From contig WELB01000012.1 in the NCBI GenBank assembly GCA_009602725.1, positions 62,001 to 126,000 on the forward strand: 64,000 nt of DNA, in the 5' to 3' direction. The notes under the pieces were generated by a model that saw only the letters and a program-made list of their open reading frames with translations, did no database searches and was not told where the DNA came from. This document shows, piece by piece, positions 23,614-37,364 of the stretch. The stretch is from Spirogloea muscicola. Its lineage: Eukaryota. Made by a program: the position numbers and the translations under genes. The stretch's first letter is position 1, and every line of letters starts with the position of its first letter.

Positions 23614-25136
23614 ATGCCGGCGGCGGCGAGCTGGCTCGAGCGCCCCATGGACGAGCACTCGGAGGTGCTGCAGCTCTGCGACAGCTTTGGGTCGCCCGAC
23701 GGCGGCGCCTCCCGCGACGATGACCTCAAGCATGCCGTCAGCTGGGCGGACCATGAGGACGGCGCCCTCAGGGACCTCATCGCCCGCTACGGCACCACCA
23801 AGTGGTCCCTCATCGCCAGCAAGCTCCCCGGCAAGACCAACAAGCAGTGCCGCCGCAGGTGCGCCCTCGTCTCGGCGCTGCCTGCCCTCGCCCTGCGCCT
23901 AGCACCCTGGTCTGCGGGGTCCATTGGCCTTGTCCACGGCCGGACCCACCTAGCTGCTTCCTGTTGCTGCCGGTCGGGCTTGACCCGGGTTGCAGTGCAC
24001 CTCCGTCTTCGCCCCTCTGCCAACGACCTGACAATTGCAGTCAGTTGGGCGGGGGTGACTACTGCAGATGGCAGGCATGCCTGAACGCCGCTGGCAACAA
24101 GGGGGTCTGGACCCCAGAGGAGGACCTGGCGCTCGTCGAGGTGCCAAGCCCCGTCCTGCTCTCCACCAGACCTGGTGTCTGGTACCAGCCTCTGTGCAGT
24201 CACCACGCAGCATGTGGTCATGTTTTGGCGTGTGGCCACTTCCACAATCTGTTTGTGCTGCAGAGTGAGTGTGCCCATGTGGCCAATAATCTCCGGGTGC
24301 TGGAGACAGCAGACCATCTGATTGTGCTTGCCTGATGTTGTCCAGGGGCACAAGCTCTTTGGCAACAGGTGGACCGAGATTGCCAAGCTCGTCCCTGGCA
24401 GGTCAGTCACTCACCTCCTGTAAAGTTCGTCTGTCATCCAATGGTCAGCTTACGGGACCTGCTGCCCCTAGATTGGGGATCATTAGGCACGATCAGTGAC
24501 ACGCGACAGGCATACCTGTTCGCCAATTACAGGAAAGGCTTCTTGTGTCCACCACTGCAGCCTCACGTTTCACCTGCTTCACTTGTCCCGCTCAGGACCG
24601 ACAATGCCGCCAAAAATCGCTATGGAGCCATCTGCAAACGGGAGCCCGGCAGTATGACCAGCCCGAGCAACAGCATGGGCAACATGAGTTGCCGCAGCGA
24701 CACCACGTCTTGCGGAGAGGCTTCAGTCTGCCAGACCGCCAACTCCATGACTTGTTCGCCTACAGCGCTAAGTGGGCATAAGCGCGGCCGGGAGGCCGAG
24801 AGCGTCCCTTTGACCAGCGAGCACGTGGCGTGCCTCCTGGCCGCTTGCATGATGGCCAGCAAGAAGATGCGGGCAGCGCCCGCCCCACTCGACTTGAGCT
24901 TGAGCCTGGGCCTCGGACCAGCTCCAGGTGGCTGTTATCTCGAGAGGGGAAGCAGATATCAGGACAAGCAGCTTCTTGCGCAACACTCAGAGACCGGCAG
25001 TGAAGTTGATGTCGGCAGCGTGAGAAGCCCCTCGCCGAGCCTCATGTGGGACCCTGCTAGGACATGTGGCCACGAGCTGAACAAGCAGGGGCTTCTGGAC
25101 TTGAATATTCCGTACAGCGCCGCTAATGAATGGTGA
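23614..25136 (+). CDS. R2R3-MYB transcription factor, FLP/MYB88-like (3' end may extend by splicing to about 25525)
   Basis: Spliced repeats SWADHED..KWSLIASKLPGKTNKQCRRR/WQACLN..KGVWTPEEDLALVE/GHKLFGNRWTEIAKLVPG/RTDNAAKNRYGAICKR; QCRRRW and CK[KR] are FLP-clade traits. Confidence 0.88.
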
Positions 25137-27399
25137 GCAATCTTCGTCCCTTGTCAGCACTCAGCTTGTCTTCCACTTGCGTCTTGCGTCTGTGCAGGAC
25201 TGCGCGCTGGCATGTAGAAACTTGCAAAGAGTGTCCTATGAAGTGATTGTTTGGTTCATCCACTTATTGTCTGTTGGATTGGTTTATTGATTGATCTATT
25301 ATTCACCTATTGAGTTAAAGTTCATGAGGTCCTGTCAGTGTGTTGCTGATCGATTGAGTGATTGATTGACTGAATGTTTGATTGATGTGTGCAGGTAGCT
25401 TCAATACATCTTACGGGGCATCAGCCGGATTTTACCTGTTTAGAACAGGTGCTAATATGCCAAAGGCTGCATGCAACTTTTCAACCTCCTCCTCCAGGAT
25501 GGTGGAAACGGAGAAAGCAACATGATACATGGCACTGGACATGCTTCACTTTTTTGCTCCTCAATTCGAGGTCCTTCGGACCCAGTTGCGGATCAAGCTG
25601 GATACGAATCTGTGGGCAAACATGTTGTACTTCGCATGCGGCAACCCTAGATACAAGTCTTATATTACTTCAGCTTTTCTTTTTGGCCCTCTGGCAATGG
25701 TCCTTGGGGAGGATAGGTTGGACAGACAACGTGTAGGTACTTCTGATCATTGTGGGCTCACAGCATATCTATTGCTGTTTTTTCCCACGTTGATAGGATA
25801 CTCATCTCCTTTTTACTCTTCCTCCAATGGCCCATGTGCCAATTTGTCACTTTTACTCTTGTTCGAGTCTCGATTTCGTACAATGGCAACATTGACAATC
25901 TTCGAGCAACACGAGCACCCCTTGTAATCTTGTCAGCAATATCTCAATGTACTAGACACTCTTGAAGCCTGTGAATCAAAGATCCACCCTCTATGTAATT
26001 TATCTTATCTTTCAGATAGACATTTTTTGGCACCTCCATAATGTGGATAAGTGTAGCAGATGAACTCCCATTGTGGACCGAGGGCACCAACTCCGGTGCA
26101 TACTGCTAGCTCGCAACCCATGCCAGCTTAGTACTGCAAGCTGATAATGACCTTGAGAGACTCTTTTGGATACTGATTGTTCGTTACCAGCTGTTTACTA
26201 GCCTGGCAACACGCAAGGTGGGGTATGTGGTCAAGTGCTTAGTCTGTGGTCGCAGGCTGACAATGTAAGAGTTATCAGCGCTCGCAATGTTTAATAGATT
26301 GCAGTGATCTATTCTTTGCCTTGCAAAATCTGATAAGAGCTTTATCCAAGTTGGATCGATTATGCTTGTCAATTAGCAGTGGACCTCAGCCACTAGGTGG
26401 TAGTTTGGATTAGCATGGTAACATTTCCTTTGCTAGACTTGAGCATTTAGTGTTGGCCTGCTTAGCCGCTTCGTACATCAATCAGCAAACACCTGGTCAG
26501 GCAGTAGTGCTGAAATATCATCAGACTACTTGGCTTCTAGTGTGTTAGCCACTTCACAAGAGGTCGCCGCTGAAGGAGAGCTGCATGCCCACCTTGGGGG
26601 GTCATCCATGTGTTGATGCAGCCCTGACCAGCTTGAATGTAACGTTCAGACATGATCGTCTGTGAAGTCTGGCATACGGAAGGGGTCCTCGGCGGTCAAG
26701 TACACTAGTAGAATGCGGAATGAGAAGAGAGGTCACAATTTACGAAGCACTGCTACAGCAACATTTCCACTGCGGATAGCACCAGCACGCTTGTGGAAGC
26801 CGTGCCCTGCACATGCTACAGCAAGACCAAGACGCACAACAACACCAGCAGACTGGCTATGGGCAAAGTGCACCCAAGTGTTGCTGGTCACTGGCGCAAG
26901 CTGCAGCCCTCTGTGCCAGGCGGGATCGGTACAAAGGATGGTCAATACTCCTGAAGAGGTTGAGATCCAGGGTGGACGAGTAGCAGTGGCTCGGAGTTTA
27001 AGGGGTCCTGATTATTGTTATCTTTCACCGAATCAGGCTATGCTTGTATGTGACGCTGGTGTGGCACATAGCGCAAGGTGGCACAGCAATTAAACTCACT
27101 CTCGGAAAGGCAACAATTTCCTAAGGTCCAATTCTGCACGCCAGAAGCTGTGATGGTGATCTCTTGATTTGAGTGAGTTAGAGATCTGTGCTTGCCTCCC
27201 TCCTCGTGGCCTGACATGCAAGTCGATGCAAGCCTAAGAGAGGCGCACGGACACAGCGAGACCAATTAAGCTTGGTGTCAGCAAAGGAGTGTCCAAGGGG
27301 CGTAAGCCACCTTCTGAGAACAGGGCCGGATAACATTGAATTACATAAATGCTCTAGAGGCTGGTCGCTGTAGCCTATTCAAGTGAATGGCTGATGGTT

Positions 27400-29978
27400 C
27401 TACTTCAATTCGGCAAAGTCGAGATCATCCATGGCATCAAGCATTTTATCACTATCATCGCCATCTGCAAAGCAAGTCAGTTATCCGGGTTATGCCATGC
27501 CAGCCTGACCATAGCAGGCAGAAGAAGCTTGCAGAACGTGCTCAAAGATTCCGTGCTAGACAAGTTCTCCGCAACCACATATATGGTGATACAACCCTCA
27601 CATGCTACAGCAGCCAGCTCAGAGTAAAGACCCACTTGAAGGGCTGCAATTGTCAAGCTACTGTGCGGTTGTGAGGACTGACCTATCCCATCTTTGTCAG
27701 GAGAACGAAGAAAATTTTCTGTGTCTGAATTCAGGAAAAAGGTTGGGACACCCCCGAGGCTAGTAAGATCATGACCTACACATGCACTATCCCATGTGAG
27801 TAGCAAGCAAACGGAGGGGAGGATCAAAAGAAATGCTAAAGCAAGGATATCTGAGTACCATGCATACCTGCACTTACTTACAAAGCTCAAGCCCTGAATG
27901 CGGTAAGACTGACCGTCAGAAGGGTTGTAAGGAGAGCTGTTGATGAGCTCTGCATTTAGATCTGACAGTGAGAAATTTCTGGGCAGGTGCCCAAGAGACT
28001 CAGGAGCCAAGCCTGCTACATCTGCATCCCCAGGAGCCATTGCCAGGCTACCAATGCCTGTTGAAGGATGGGCCACGTCTCCTCCCAAGCCAGGCTGTGG
28101 ACTGTTCAATGGCACCAAAGGAAAAAGCAAGCTTCAAGATGAGTTGGCGGAGCATGTTCAAGAGCACCATGCAAAGTTCAAGTTGTCTTGCTCAAGGAGA
28201 GCAGTGAGGTGCTCGCCTCGTGAAGTGCGAGTCGAGGGGCATGCTCATAGCCATGGAGGGAAGGTCCATTGAGCTCCCATGACTGCTGAAAGGGAATGCT
28301 GCTCCAACTTCGCTCCCCGGCGGCCCTCCGTGCCCACTCCCTAGCGGCGTGCCATCGGGGCAGCCCGAGGAACACTCGTCGAGGTGGGATGGCGCAGGAG
28401 ACGGGCCAGGGACGGCTGCACCAGGCATGACCGAGGAAAGCATTCCTGTGGTCTGCATGTCCATGCCGCTGATGCAGGATGGAGAGTAGCCTGTCAATCA
28501 CCGTGCACGGCGGTGCTCCGATGACGAGCCAGGCGAGGATAGCTGCTGGAAAAGGCAAACGAGAGCTCCCACCTGGGCCCATGTGAGTAGGAACCGTTCA
28601 TGACGGGCATGGCAAGAGGTTGACCAGTCGATGTACGCATGTGCGGATGGTGTTGCGACTGTAGTCCGACGGGGTGCAGAAGCGGGCCACCCGCCATGGG
28701 GCCACCCATTGACCCAAGAGGGTAGCCCATTGGTGCATGGTGCACTACAACCCCCGACCAGAAAACCAGGACGACATCAGCTGACCGTCACCTGTGCTAA
28801 ACGGCCCAAGTGTCCAGGACCAACATCAGCAAGGAATCGTACTAAATGCCACACTGCCCCTAATCCACCAGCTCATCTGCCACATTTGCATCCGACGAGA
28901 AGATTGGCATATGAGAGCACGGTCGATCCAGGATGCTCACCAGGCGGGTGCATGCCGTTCAGCATGGGCTGCTGGGGCTGCAGGGCAGCTGGCGATGGGC
29001 AGACCTTGCCGTTGCGCAGCTTCTGGAGGAGGATGCTGTGCTGGTCCAGCAGGTGGTTGAACAGCACAATCTGGTCCTTCACCTTCAGCCGTGCGTAGTA
29101 GGCCTTGAAGAAGTCGGGGTTTTGCTCCTCGAGCTTCAGCCACACTGCAGGCACAGCTGGGCCGCACGTCAGCTCTGCTGCACCAGCTCAGAGACGCGGA
29201 CCAGCCGACTTGTCAGCGACGGCCAGCACCGTCAGGGCTGAAGCTTCGGCGTGGGTGCAGTTGCATGGTACCCAGGCTCGTGAACCCGGGCTCGATCTTG
29301 GCCTGGTACTGCAAGGTCGTGATGACCTCGCGCTGGTTCATGTACAGCTGCAGGCATCGCTCTATGAGGTTCTGCACCTGCACGCACTCACCCCAGCTGC
29401 CCTGCTTGGAACCAGGTACAACTTGCGATTCTTGCAGCCTGTCAGGTGCTCACACGCTCCGCACTTCAAATGCACGTAGACGTGTCAGCAAAGCCTTCTC
29501 AGCACCAGCCTGATCCGCTCGCTGCCGCCGCGAGCAGGCCGTACGCACCAGCTGGATGTCCTCGCAGGAGATCTTGCGGCTCTCAACAGCGCCTGTGGGC
29601 ACCGAGGTCTGCGCCGTGGGGGTGCTGGGTCCGCCGCCGGCCTGCACCGCGTCGGCCTTGTCGTCGTCGTCGAGCTGTAGAGGCGAGGAGGGCGCCGCCT
29701 TGGCCTGCGCCTGGCCCTGGGGCTTGAGCGGTACGAGCGGCGCGGGGATGGGCGAGTAGATGTGCGGCAGCAGCGGCGGCGGCTGCTGGTAGGGGTGCGG
29801 CGGCGGCGGCGGGTGGTGGGAGTAAGGGAAGCGATATGGCGGCGGTGGTGGTGGGTGGTGCCCATAGAGATGCTGCTGCGGGTGCCCCAGCTGCCCGTGC
29901 GGCGGCAGCGGCGGCTGTGACAGCGCCAGCTGCGGCGGCGGCGGCGGCGGCGGCGGCTGCAAAGGCGCAGGCGGCGGC
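27400..29978 (-). CDS. Plant-specific TIGR01589 (A_thal_3526) domain protein; start in gap
   Basis: SRKISCEDIQLV/QNLIERCLQLYMNQREV..AKIEPGFTSL/VWLKLEEQNPDFFKAYYARLKVKDQIVLFNHLL; C-terminal LPRNFSLSDL; Pro/His-rich N-terminus. Confidence 0.9.
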
Positions 29979-30270
29979 NNNNNNNNNNNNNNNNNNNNNN
30001 NNNNNNNNNNNNNNNNNNNNNNNNNNNNNNNNNNNNNNNNNNNNNNNNNNNNNNNNNNNNNNNNNNNNNNNNNNNNNNNNNNNNNNNNNNNNNNNNNNNN
30101 NNNNNNNNNNNNNNNNNNNNNNNNNNNNNNNNNNNNNNNNNNNNNNNNNNNNNNNNNNNNNNNNNNNNNNNNNNNNNNNNNNNNNNNNNNNNNNNNNNNN
30201 NNNNNNNNNNNNNNNNNNNNNNNNNNNNNNNNNNNNNNNNNNNNNNNNNNNNNNNNNNNNNNNNNNNNNN

Positions 30271-30393
<123 letters not shown>

Positions 30394-30584
30394 CGGGGCG
30401 GCCGCGCGCCGCGGCGCATCGGGCGGCGGGCGGGGGGGTGGCACTGACCAGCGAGACGGGACGGCGGGGGCGCCGGGAGACGAAGCTGGCTAGTGGGAGG
30501 GCCCCGCCGCTTGGGGGCTGGGGGGCGCCCTCGTGGTCGCCCACGGGCGCGCCCCGCCGCAAGAAAGAAGAAAGTGCTCGCTCA

Positions 30585-31180
30585 TTGACCCCCCCGAGTG
30601 GTGGGCCTCGTCTTCTCCTCGACGTTGTTCTCATCGACGCATTCCAACCAGGGGCACCCACACCGACTGTGCCAGGTTGGGCGAGAGGGCGACACATCAT
30701 GCGGAGAGGAAGAAGGAGAGGCACTATATTGACCACCCCCGGGGCGACCACTTCTTCCCATGCGCCATGTACACACGGCGGCTACGGAACGAAGTGGTCT
30801 TCCCTACTCCATCTCCTGGCACTGCATGTCGATGCCCGCCGACGTAGTCGAGCGGGTAGCTTAGGGCATTCTAGCGTTCCGCAAGCCATCATTGCTAGCG
30901 TTCCGCAAGCCATCATTGCGTGCTATAGAATGCGGCTATCATTGAGTCTGCAGCGCTCCCAGGCACTCGCGATACACCAGCGTGCTGGTCGTGCGTTAGC
31001 CCAGGCTGATGGCTTCCGTGGTGGTGGTTTGGCTCCTCAGTATAGCTTGTCGGATATGCTTGTGCTCACTCGGGGATATTAGTGTCCGCCTTAGCCAGCT
31101 CATTGCCCAGTTAAAAGGACATTTGTGAGGCCAGAATTGGCCTCCCTTTCAATTTCATGCCACTGCGCGCCTTTCTCTCT
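30585..31180 (+). mobile_element. Family D CRE-like element, RLE C-terminal half plus 3' UTR, frameshifted
   Basis: GGPRLLLDVVLID..AERKKERHYIDHPRGDHFFPCAM..YRMRLSLSLQRSQALAIHQRAGRA..LVLTRGY-stop (31082); internal 24-bp duplication at 30871-30918; a minus-strand family E tip precedes it at 30561-30584. Confidence 0.9.
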
Positions 31181-31360
31181 ATCGCCCATAGAGAAGCTGG
31201 GCTGGCAAAGCCAGCCCGAATAGAATGGACAATGTCCAAAGCCAAAGAATGGAAGTGCCGGAAAAAGGAGTACACCTCAAAACACTACAACACGCAAGAC
31301 GGTGCGAAGGGAAGCTCAGTACCCGCGAGTGCGCAACATCAGGTCGGAGTAGCTCGCTGC
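31181..31360 (-). mobile_element. Family C 3' fragment, tail-to-tail with the family D copy
   Basis: ASYSDLMLRTRGY-stop and 3' UTR homologous to 9221-9460. Confidence 0.88.
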
Positions 31361-32333
31361 CGCTAACGCGCCGCCCCGTCGCCGTGGAGAGAAGGGGCGC
31401 GCGGAATGGAAGGGAAAGGGAGGCCTGACCACGCCAGTCCGCCGTTACCAAGAAGAACAGAGGAAAGCCCCGCTCCGTCGGGGCTTTCCGGGGGCGCCCG
31501 CCTCCCGACGGCCCGTTCCCGCTCGTTCCCCACCGCTCCGGCCACAAGGCGTACGGCGGCTTCGCTCGTCCGGCCCGGCCTCGATGGGGCGAGCCTCGGT
31601 CGCGGCCGCCTGGCCGGCCCCCTACCGACGCCCGCCGCCGGCTATAGCCGTTCGCCCGGCTGCGACCATGGCGCCACTAGCCCGTGGCTAGAAGCGCGCA
31701 CTCCGCAGCGCCTGACTATCAACCCGACAGCGAAGCAAGTGGACCACTTTCCGAAGCCGTCGCCAGGACGAAGCTCGGATGGAGAGTGGCATGGGATCGA
31801 TGAGCATGACACTCCCGAAAACAGTCGGGCAAGTGTTCTTCATCATGCTCGCATGTACTGTACACTGAGCTTGTATCGTGGCCTGCATTGCATCTGGGCA
31901 CAAGCAAAGGGACCGCTCTTCCAAACAGGCTTGACAAAAGCCGGCCAGCAATCGGGCCCTTGATCTGCCTAAACCTTCGCAAATCGTTTCTCCAGAACCT
32001 CTGGTGACAAATTCATCCACATAGCAGCTTTTAGAGCTCCGGTCTTGTCAAAGCCATCTCTCTGCTTGCCATCGGATGTCTGTCATCAGGAAGCCAGACA
32101 AGGCATGGTTATGAGCGCACCTAGCACCGACTTACAGCAGTAAGGAAAGCACAGGTGTAAAGGATATATGGACTCAACAACTCAGCTTTCACAGCATCTG
32201 GCCAAGAAGCAATGACAAGTCAAAGACGACAAGGCAGTGCAGCCCCTGATACTATGTTCTGTCCACAGCACCTGCTTCAAGCTTGTCCGCTTGCGCTCGT
32301 CTCCAAGCTCTACTTCCAGCAGGAGGTGGACGG

Positions 32334-35300
32334 TCATGACCTGGCAGGCTGTGACGTGCCTGTGACAGTGTTTGTACTATCTTGACCAGCCTCTTCATCA
32401 GAGGTGGGTGCTTGGCTGGCTGTTACAGAGTCAAAGAAGCTTGTGGCCGAGCTTTTGTGAGCTGGTGCAGAAGTACCCAATTCCTCCTCAACAGCCAAAC
32501 TATCTCCCTCGATTGACGGGATGAGGGGCGTAAGTGACGCCCTTTCTGAGGGTTCGGCAGCAGGGCCAGCCTGCAAAGCCTCACTGGCAGCATCTGCAAT
32601 GCCAGTCTGAGTTGGTGGCAAACCATCAGCGAGGTTGCTGTGAGCAAGCTCGACCGCAAGTTCACGTCCATCTCCAGCTTGGAGTGGCGGCATCATCTGG
32701 AGCCCTTCAAAAGTGGCCTGCATAGTCAAGCTACAATCTTCAGGCAAAGTGCTCATGCCAGACATGTTTCCCTTTGATTGATGTGCTTGCACAGCGAAGG
32801 GGCGCCATTCTTGATGCTTCTTGATGTAGGGCAGCAGCCTACAGATGCAGGTCGGAGACTCACTTCTAAAGGAGGACTTCTCATTGCCTGCTGGCTGTCA
32901 GCTTCTGTAAGTGGGGACCAGGCTTTGGCAGGGCCTGCAAGAGGGGGAGTGCTCCTTGCTCCACCTGCTTGCAGTAGCTGCATTGGAACAGCAGTCACTT
33001 GTGAGCTGATTATGCCCACACAAGATCAACTGAGCTGGCAGTGATGTAATTGCTAAACAAGCAGAGGAGGCATGCCTCTGCACATTGGCGCTGCTCTTGG
33101 TACTCAGGAATTCCACCTTGAACTTGTGACAGAGTTGCTCGTACTTCAGCACAAGCTCCTTATAGTCGTTCAGAAGCAGTGTTACATCCCCTACACGAAG
33201 GTCGCCGGCGACTGCAAAGAGTAATGGGTAATCTCTGGCTATCTGCCCACTTGAGTCTGCCTGGAGCAAAGCCATAGCTGACGCCGTGTCCATGTCCACT
33301 GTAGCACAAGATGCATCAGGTTTATTGCTGCCAGCAAGACCAAAATAACAGCAATCCTTGACGTAAGCAAATGATGTGACCCATGGAAGACGGAGACGTG
33401 TTCCCAGATTCCGTGGTGTATCAGAACCCAGCAATTTTGACCGACCAAAGCGCATGTTGCTAGTAATTCCTGGCTGGTAAAAGTGTGCCATCAACTTCAC
33501 CTGAGGACTGCATGTCCTTCTTTGAACTTGCCCTCCTTCCTGCAAGAAAGCCTCGGGGTCGTTACAGCAGCCCACGTCTAAAGTTGCAAGAAGAGGCTCT
33601 GGTGGTCAATCAAGGGCAGTGCATTGAGATGAGCTGACCAGAGCAGGATATATTTGAACGAGAATGCCAAGGGCACCTTGCAGAGACGACTCCAAAGAAA
33701 TGAAGTCCGGCTCACTGATGGAGGGAGATACAGGACCCAAAGGCGAAGCTGTACGCTGTCCAACCTTATCTGGAGAAAAAGCAGGAGGACGGCCCTGGAT
33801 AGCTTCAGCTGCTAGAGATACTAACGTGAAGGTTCAATTAGTACGCAAGAGCTCAAAGTGGATATTGTAAAGAGATGAATCTTTGAGCATGACTGACTTC
33901 CAGCAGCAACTTGCACCCTGCTCATAGATCGACTACCATGTAGGGGGCCAAAAAGAGAGGTAACAAGGCATAAGCAACAAGCAACCCTGCTGAGGAGACC
34001 ATGACTGACCGCTTGCCTCGGGGGCGACCCACGTGGGAGTTGGAGGTGCTGGAGCAGGAGGGAGGGGAGAGGCCTGTGTTTCTTGAGAGAAAGGAGTGTC
34101 TGCTACTCCTTGCATTAGTCGTGCATACTCGCCAGGGTCCATAGAAAGGGACGTGGGACTCAGGTTCATTACAAATGAAACAGCTGACACCAGGTTGGTG
34201 TAAAAGTATGAGGCCTCTGACACCATGCGTGAATGGTGCCTGTATCTTTGGATATATAATAAATTGGATTGAAGCTGTGGGGGGTTGGCCTGTGTACAAC
34301 AGCAGGCCCTTCAGGGCTTGACAGAGATGCAGCCCCCCGTCTGACTTAGTGGCAAACCTACTAGATTGTGCTCGCAGCTATCATATTCATGCTCGTACGT
34401 GCCTTTGAGAGATTGCTGTGCCATAATGCCACAAAGTCATCACATGCTGAGGCTTTTGGCTACACAAGGTATTGGCTACTGGGAGCAAAGCTGCAAGTCA
34501 GAGAACATTGTTAGTCATCTAACAGGACCACCATGTTCTGTTGGACCGGACAACCAGTATGAAGCTGCAAACCTTAATGACAATGAAGATGAGAACAGGG
34601 AGGAAGTCATCAGCTCCAGGAGGGTTGCCATCCGAGCCCATTGACATGTTTAGCAGCAGATTGTTGATGACGCGGCAGCAGTTCAGAATGCAGACAAGCT
34701 TGTCCCTGGGAGCCTTGTAAATGTTGATCTTCTGCAGCTCCTTCTGCGCTAACTGCTCAACATTGCACGTATCAGTATGGCACAGCTAGTACCCTGTGGT
34801 TACAAGGGGCACAAAGGAAGAATGGTATTTACAAAACAGCTTGGCTGACCCAGTCCTCTGTACCTGTTTTAGGGTTTAGGAATCGTCAAGGAGAGGGAGA
34901 AAGATGAGAGGGGGAGAAATTGTGCACCAGCCAAGCCGCTTCATTGTAGAAATTGGGAGGGATATCTAGATGCTCTGGTTTGATGAAGTTCTGCAGGACG
35001 GCCATCCTCTCTGACAGCTGCCGATCATTATCCAGATCCTCTCCAGTGGGGGCAAACGCTCGTTGGAAGAGCTTAGTCATCAGGTACTTTTCCAAGCCCT
35101 GCACACGGACCGTCACAATCAGTGTATGCGTTTTGTGCTTGGCAACGGGTACTTCTTGGTAGTATGCAGCATTTACGTGCACAGAGAGAGAGGAAGGTAG
35201 GCGCTGTCAGATATCGCTTTCCTAGCGCTTACTTCCAAATAACTTCCCAACCATGAGACATCTATTCAGATCAGATACGTGGTTCTGCAGAAGAATAACA

Positions 35301-36406
35301 GATTCTATTGTTACGAAGTCATGGTCACAGCCATATGCTGCCTAGTCACCCGTGGTCTTCATTTGTTCCTTGTGACTGTCAGTTTGGGAGGAGCCCAAGT
35401 AAGGGCCACTAAGGTAGCTAACCGTGTGCACTGACATAGAGTATGCTTCTGAGAGCTACATCAGTGGGAAGGTGGTATCACAACCAACCTCGCCAGCACT
35501 GTCAAGTTCTTCTTGACAGGCTCCTGACCACAAGGGGTGTGTCCGCAGGACTGCCTCGGTGGACGTGAGAAACTCTTGGACACTCAAGCTGTCCTTCTCG
35601 GGATGGGGTGTGCTGCTTAAGAAGGCTACAATGAAGCTATACAGGCAGCAAACAATTGAGACTGTGAGCTCCACCAGAATCCAATCAGAGTGTCATGAAA
35701 GAATTGCAAGCTGTTGTCAACGAGGGTCTTAATTGCAGGACAACAGACTGAGCCCATACTTGTAGAGGAGCTGCTCGGAGACTCTGCTCGCTAATAGAAG
35801 AGCTTCTTGTGTTGTTTAGAAGCACTGAAGTCAGATCTGGAGAAAGTTTGAGGACAAGGGGGCGAGGCAGGGGCGCATCTTATTAATTTGTCGGGGGTGG
35901 GGGGGGGGAGTGTTGCTGAGAGGAAGATAAAAGGAAGCGGGGCTGGGGTAAGAGAGAGGGGGCGGTATAAAAGGAAGAGAGGTGCACGGGTTGAGAGGGT
36001 TGGCAGAGAAGGAAGCGAGGTGGTGACAGACGAGAAGCAGCGCAGTGAATGGCAGCAGGTGAAGAAAAGAGATAGGGAGGGGAAGAGTGCCAGAGGGAGG
36101 GGCGGGAGGAGGGAGTGAGAGGAATGGCTGTGTACTAAGTGGATTACTGAGGGAGTTACAGACTCAAGACTTGAGGCTGATTGGTGGCTGCTTGAGTGGG
36201 TAGGACCTTGACTGCAACAGCAGTGTCGGTAGTAGCCTGCATGGCCGCAGCCACGGCAGATCCACAGTGACATCTGCACAACCCAGGTCTTACCTCTTGA
36301 TGGAAAGCACGAGGTCTGCAGCAGCAGGCTGGCGCATGCGGTCCAGGAAGTCGTGGAAGGTCAGAGCGGCAGTCGACTGCCCAAAGGCATCCCCACCGCC
36401 GTCCAT
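32334..36406 (-). CDS. VPS9: VPS9-domain Rab5 GEF (plant VPS9a type), multi-exon; exact 3' end uncertain
   Basis: TFHDFLDRMRQPAAADLV; GLEKYLMTKLF; AQKELQKINIYKAPRDKLVCILNCC; PPGADDFLPVLI; ANPPQLQSNLLYIQRYR; SEASYFYTNL. Confidence 0.95.
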
Positions 36407-37364
36407 TGTACTCCTCGTCCTTTACACTGACGGCCTGCCCCACTCTCTGCTCTGTTGCTGGCAACGTCCGTCTCACCAAATACTCGGCCCTCTGAGCTGC
36501 TTTCACAAGCAGAGCCTTGCCGCACCTTGCTTCTTCCCTCCGCTGCTCTTGCACTTCGAGGGGCGCCCCGTGCTCTGCCCTCTCCTCCACGTCTCTAGGT
36601 GCCCTATGATCTCAATTGAGGGGCTTCCAGGGCCCAGAGCTCCTGTGCTTCAGCCATCTCCGAGTCATCCATCACTGCAGGAGGACTGCACGGCGCTTGT
36701 GGCTAGCCTGCGTGAGCGGCGACGGCGCCCATGGGTCTGGCTTGGCTGCCAGGAGCTACACTATGTCGAGGGCGGGCAGGCGCCGGCAGTGCTGTGGGTG
36801 GCGCGGCCCGGCGCTGCACCGCCACTGCTGGCAGCTGCTAAGGAGCCGCAGCCAGCCACTGTCACCACCCCGCTCTGCCCAAGCCGCCCAGAGAAGTAGA
36901 AGCCCAGAGCGCGCGTGGGTGCTGTGGCTCGAGGTGGGGAGACCAAGGCACGCGGTGCGCATGAAATAGAAGCTAGGCCAAGTCAAGCCATCGTACTGCT
37001 CAAGCACAAGCCGTAGAGCAGAGGATGGGGTAAACGCCTGGGATGGCTGCAGCAGCGTGAGAAGCGCATGTATTACATCTCAATCAGCGAGCCCGCAGTT
37101 CAGGATATATCTGACCCTGCACAAGATGCAGCCAAAGAAGCCCTCAAAGTTAAGAAAAGTGGGGCTGCTCTCCTTGCTACTTTTCTTCTCTGTGGGCGAG
37201 CACTTTCTTCTACTTTTGGCGTCGGGCCACCGCTTGCTGCGCAAGCCGCTGCAAGCCACCAAGTCCAGTAACCATTGACTGAGAGCGGGACAATATCATC
37301 TTAAAGAGGATGGTCTGCACAGTGAGGCCTGCGGAGTGCCAGTATCTCCCAAGCTGCTTCAGAG

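Noticed and set aside
22516..24084. Long ORFs spanning N gaps (also at 16.7, 30, 57.4 and 63.5 kb)
   Set aside because: Artefacts of X runs and GC-rich sequence; the gaps coincide with GC-rich gene 5' ends, typical of short-read dropout.
34866..34880. Telomere-like TTTAGGGTTTAGG (also AAACCCT near 58853-58875)
   Set aside because: Two units or fewer and intronic; not distinguishable from chance or ordinary telo-boxes.
35880..36130. K/R/E-rich ORF on the plus strand
   Set aside because: A purine-rich low-complexity tract within VPS9 intron 1.
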